This document shows, in pieces, positions 61,516-64,000 of a DNA stretch of 64,000 bases (the stretch's first letter is position 1; each line of letters begins with the position of its first letter). The DNA lies in assembly GCA_027322505.1 (NCBI GenBank), contig DAHVRJ010000136.1, positions 8,935-72,934 on the forward strand, read 5' to 3'. The position numbers and the translations under genes were made by a program. This DNA is from Demequinaceae bacterium (GTDB lineage Bacteria; Actinomycetota; Actinomycetes; Actinomycetales; JAJYRW01). The notes below the pieces were generated by a model. That model saw only the letters and a list, made by a program, of their open reading frames with translations, was not told where the DNA came from and searched no databases.

Positions 61516-63278
61516 TCGTCATCCTTCGCGCACCGCACACCGTTTGAGGGGCTATAGCGCCAGCTTTGACTCTCGGTCTTCTTCAGCTCGTCATTCTTGT
61601 AAAACATGCGCTTGACCGTAACAGCAAAGCCGGGGCTGCCGGGCTTATATGGACTACATTCCGGGTCGGAGATCGTCACCGTTTTAGCTGGGACCACGTC
61701 ACGGCGCGGGCTAATTTCTGATTTGATCTCCCACTCTTTTGTACCCCAAAAGACCACGTGCAACTGTCCGTCGCCCACCCAAGACTCGATCAAGATGCCG
61801 TGATCGGAGTCGTTGCGGAATTTCATGTCCACGTGCGGGGCGGCCATGGTTGCTTCCCGCCCCTCGGGGTAGCGGGAGAAATACTGCGAATGCGGTTTGT
61901 GCTCGACGTCTTCTAAGCCGGCGAAAAACGCTGCGTTGTAGACCGTAGTGGCCACCTGCGAAAGGCCACCGCCCAAGCGGCGCTTCAGTACGCCGTCAAT
62001 AATCATTCCACCCTCGCCGTAGCCCTTCTCGGCCGTGACCGGGTGGATCTCATCGATCAAACTGAACGTCTCCCCGGGCATCACAATGAGCCCGTTGATG
62101 GTCTTGGCCCCCACCCGCAAGTTGTTGGTGCGTACCGCATCCGAGGTGACCGGGGTGGAGAAGGAGGAGACGCGCTCCTTGATGCCCAGCGCTTTAATGT
62201 CTTCTTCGGTGCGCTCGGCCGCAGTTTCTTCGAAATTTAAATCTATAGTGCGCACGTCATCACTCGCGGCGGTGATTATGTCCTCACCCAGGCGCTCAAT
62301 GTCGATCTTGGTTCCCGGTTTATCAGCGGTAATTTCCGGGCCATCGTCCCCAATTTTTATGGTCGCATCCTTGGGCGCTTTTTCCAGCTTCGGAATCTCC
62401 TCGCGCAAATATTCGGCCAATACTTCCCCGTCGATGCGCAGCTGCAGGGTCGCGCCCTGGCTCTCAAATGTCGCGGCCGAGGCCAGCAGGTCCGGCTTTA
62501 AGTCTTTACGGGAATCATCGACGCGCACCGATATCGGGTCAGAAACCAGCGGCTTGGCCTCCTGGGTCAACACCCGATCTACCTCTTCGTCCGTGATTAC
62601 TGGCGGCACGGTACGTGCGGGCAATTCCAACGGCGGGGATCCCGTAAGCCAGTTCTGTACGAGGAACGTGACCGCGTCATCGGTGTTTAATTCGACTCCC
62701 GACTCAGCCGGAGTTGTTTCTGGCTCACCGTCAACAAACTCAATCGTTGCATCGGTTGGTTCAACCTTGAAATCTTCTGCCAACACAAACAGGGCCCCCG
62801 AGAGTTCTTCCTCATCCACGTCTGTGATCGGATCGACCGCGCCTGACCCGGCGATGTGCTGCCACATTCGCGCTGGGGAGAGGTTAAAACCAACTAGGCG
62901 TTCCACCGTCGCGTTCGCATCAAAGCGCAAGCCGGATTCCTCCGGGTCTAAAGAACTCTCCACGCTTTCAACTGCAACCGCCAGGGGTTCTTCGGTGACC
63001 GATGCCAGCGCCTGGCGCAACGTGGATTTGGCATCGGGGGCCGACATTCCCCCAATCGTTACCCCCGCCACGGAGGTGCCGCGCGGGACGCGATCCCCCA
63101 GCGCCCACGCTGCAATCACGTAGGCAATAAGCACCACCAGGACGATGCTTACGCCCGTGATGATTCCGCGCAGGCCCTTGCGGCCCCCGGAATTTTTCTG
63201 GGAAGAATCGCCCGAGTTTTTGCTGCTCGGGCTGTCGTCAGTTTTCGGCACGCTGGCTATTTTACTGGTAAACGCCAT
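61512..63278 (-). CDS. VanW family protein, membrane-anchored
   Basis: N-terminal TM segment. VanW core PGETFSLIDEI...GGGLSQVATTVYNAAFFAGLE...RYPEGREAT. Confidence 0.88.
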   Translation of the reverse strand: MAFTSKIASVPKTDDSPSSKNSGDSSQKNSGGRKGLRGIITGVSIVLVVLIAYVIAAWALGDRVPRGTSVAGVTIGGMSAPDAKSTLRQALASVTEEPLAVAVESVESSLDPEESGLRFDANATVERLVGFNLSPARMWQHIAGSGAVDPITDVDEEELSGALFVLAEDFKVEPTDATIEFVDGEPETTPAESGVELNTDDAVTFLVQNWLTGSPPLELPARTVPPVITDEEVDRVLTQEAKPLVSDPISVRVDDSRKDLKPDLLASAATFESQGATLQLRIDGEVLAEYLREEIPKLEKAPKDATIKIGDDGPEITADKPGTKIDIERLGEDIITAASDDVRTIDLNFEETAAERTEEDIKALGIKERVSSFSTPVTSDAVRTNNLRVGAKTINGLIVMPGETFSLIDEIHPVTAEKGYGEGGMIIDGVLKRRLGGGLSQVATTVYNAAFFAGLEDVEHKPHSQYFSRYPEGREATMAAPHVDMKFRNDSDHGILIESWVGDGQLHVVFWGTKEWEIKSEISPRRDVVPAKTVTISDPECSPYKPGSPGFAVTVKRMFYKNDELKKTESQSWRYSPSNGVRCAKDDD

Positions 63279-63286
63279 CGCTTTAC

Positions 63287-63799
63287 CTACGGCACGGCGA
63301 AGAAATCAGAGTTTCGATGGACCAAGCCCGGCTCATTGGGCCCCAGATGCGTTGAAAGGACCCGCCCGACTACTAAATCGTGATCCCCGGCCGAATACAC
63401 GTGTTTCGTTTCGCACTCCAGCGCCGAAATAGCTCGCTCTAGAATCGCAGCCGAGGTGGATTCTCCCCGGAAAAATGGCACGCGATCAAGCTGGCCAATG
63501 ATTGGACGCCCGGGCGTGGCGAGCCACTGGGCGTCGGCCTGGCCGCTTTGCCCCATGATATTCAGCGCCCATTTATTTGTAGCTTCCAGCGCATCACGCA
63601 TCCGGGAGTCAATGTGGACGGCGAACATGACAAGGCGCGGTTCCAACGACACTGAAGCCACCGCGGTTGCGGTCATGGCGTGGTCCATATTTCCCCAGCG
63701 CGCGGTAACCACGCACACCCCCGAGGCCAACCTGCCCATGGTGCGGCGAAAATCATCCTTCTCCGCTTCTGTTGGCAGGTCAGTATCCCGGTTGGTCAT
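63287..63799 (-). CDS. Flavin reductase family protein
   Basis: FRRTMGRLASGVCVVTAR...MTATAVASVSLEPRLVMFAV is the flavin reductase-like FMN-binding pattern. Confidence 0.85.
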   Translation of the reverse strand: MTNRDTDLPTEAEKDDFRRTMGRLASGVCVVTARWGNMDHAMTATAVASVSLEPRLVMFAVHIDSRMRDALEATNKWALNIMGQSGQADAQWLATPGRPIIGQLDRVPFFRGESTSAAILERAISALECETKHVYSAGDHDLVVGRVLSTHLGPNEPGLVHRNSDFFAVP

Positions 63800-63804
63800 G
63801 AAAA

Positions 63805-64000
63805 CTATTCCTTCGTTAAATGCGAACGTTTGGCGTCGCGACGCCGATCTTGGAAGAACGTGGCCGGCAGCAACAGCCCCACAAAAAGTGCCAAAATTCC
63901 GCCCAGTAGCCAGCCGTAACCTAGGCCATCGCCCGCGATCAGAACATCACCGGCTGGTCCTTCCAGCGCCAGCCACTGCACCGCAATGGCCCACCCCACC
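63805..64000 (-). CDS. C-terminal part of a membrane protein (5' end beyond window)
   Basis: The frame is open to the window edge. Hydrophobic ...GYGWLLGGILALFVGLLLPATFF followed by a basic tail. No function can be assigned. Confidence 0.4.
   Translation of the reverse strand, partial: VGWAIAVQWLALEGPAGDVLIAGDGLGYGWLLGGILALFVGLLLPATFFQDRRRDAKRSHLTKE

Noticed and set aside
62035-63123. 362-aa plus-strand ORF. Similar long ORFs occur at 26159-26872, 36627-37373, 38055-38774 and 50134-50841.
   Set aside because: All lie antisense to, or out of frame with, genes that have clear family motifs (VanW, zincin-like, AdnA/B, HtrA). Their products are Ser/Arg/Ala-rich low-complexity strings, which is typical of stop-poor alternative frames in high-GC DNA.

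Overview
This is a high-GC actinobacterial chromosomal segment, with gene content and order typical of Actinomycetales. Genes are densely packed, and many pairs show ATGA/GTGA/TAATG start-stop overlaps. I support about 58 protein-coding genes and one tRNA (initiator tRNA-Met). I see no rRNA, CRISPR array, transposase, integrase or phage genes.

**Right two thirds (about 20-64 kb): conserved housekeeping.**
- One block has the gene order known from mycobacteria: UPF0182, PDZ/Lon-like protease, UvrD2, mycoredoxin, NudC, AdnA/AdnB, rhodanese, TetR, DUF3107 and a DEAD-box helicase.
- A second block holds mrp, tatB-htrA-rseA-sigE, an O-methyltransferase, pepA, DUF3117, a folP paralog, a LOG-family protein, gltA, dapC and fdxA.

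**Left third (1-20 kb): more accessory-like.**
- A TetR-controlled MMPL pump, a PadR-ABC-FtsX module, a lipoprotein deacetylase and a stand-alone TrpB2.
- Two compact operons that I consider the most interesting candidates:
  - A five-gene minus-strand operon (13663-17756). It encodes a large radical SAM enzyme with an N-terminal Cys/His ribbon and extra C-terminal Cys clusters, translationally coupled to a small membrane protein, a divergent Lgt-family transferase, a proline-rich membrane protein and a PAP2 phosphatase. This may be an uncharacterised membrane-lipid or lipoprotein tailoring pathway.
  - A three-gene operon (12151-13647) encoding a degenerate GGDEF-like protein, a STAS protein and a GAF-ANTAR RNA-binding regulator.

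**Other observations.**
- Several operator-like repeat arrays.
- Intergenic minisatellites.
- A 24-bp perfect inverted-repeat element.
- In-frame tandem repeats in several genes.
- A zincin-like protein without HExxH.
- Two candidate DNA-damage promoters upstream of uvrD2 and adnAB.

**Limits.** All functional calls rest on motif recognition by eye in the supplied translations. No searches were run. Start codons are often my own choice among alternatives, and I say so where that applies.
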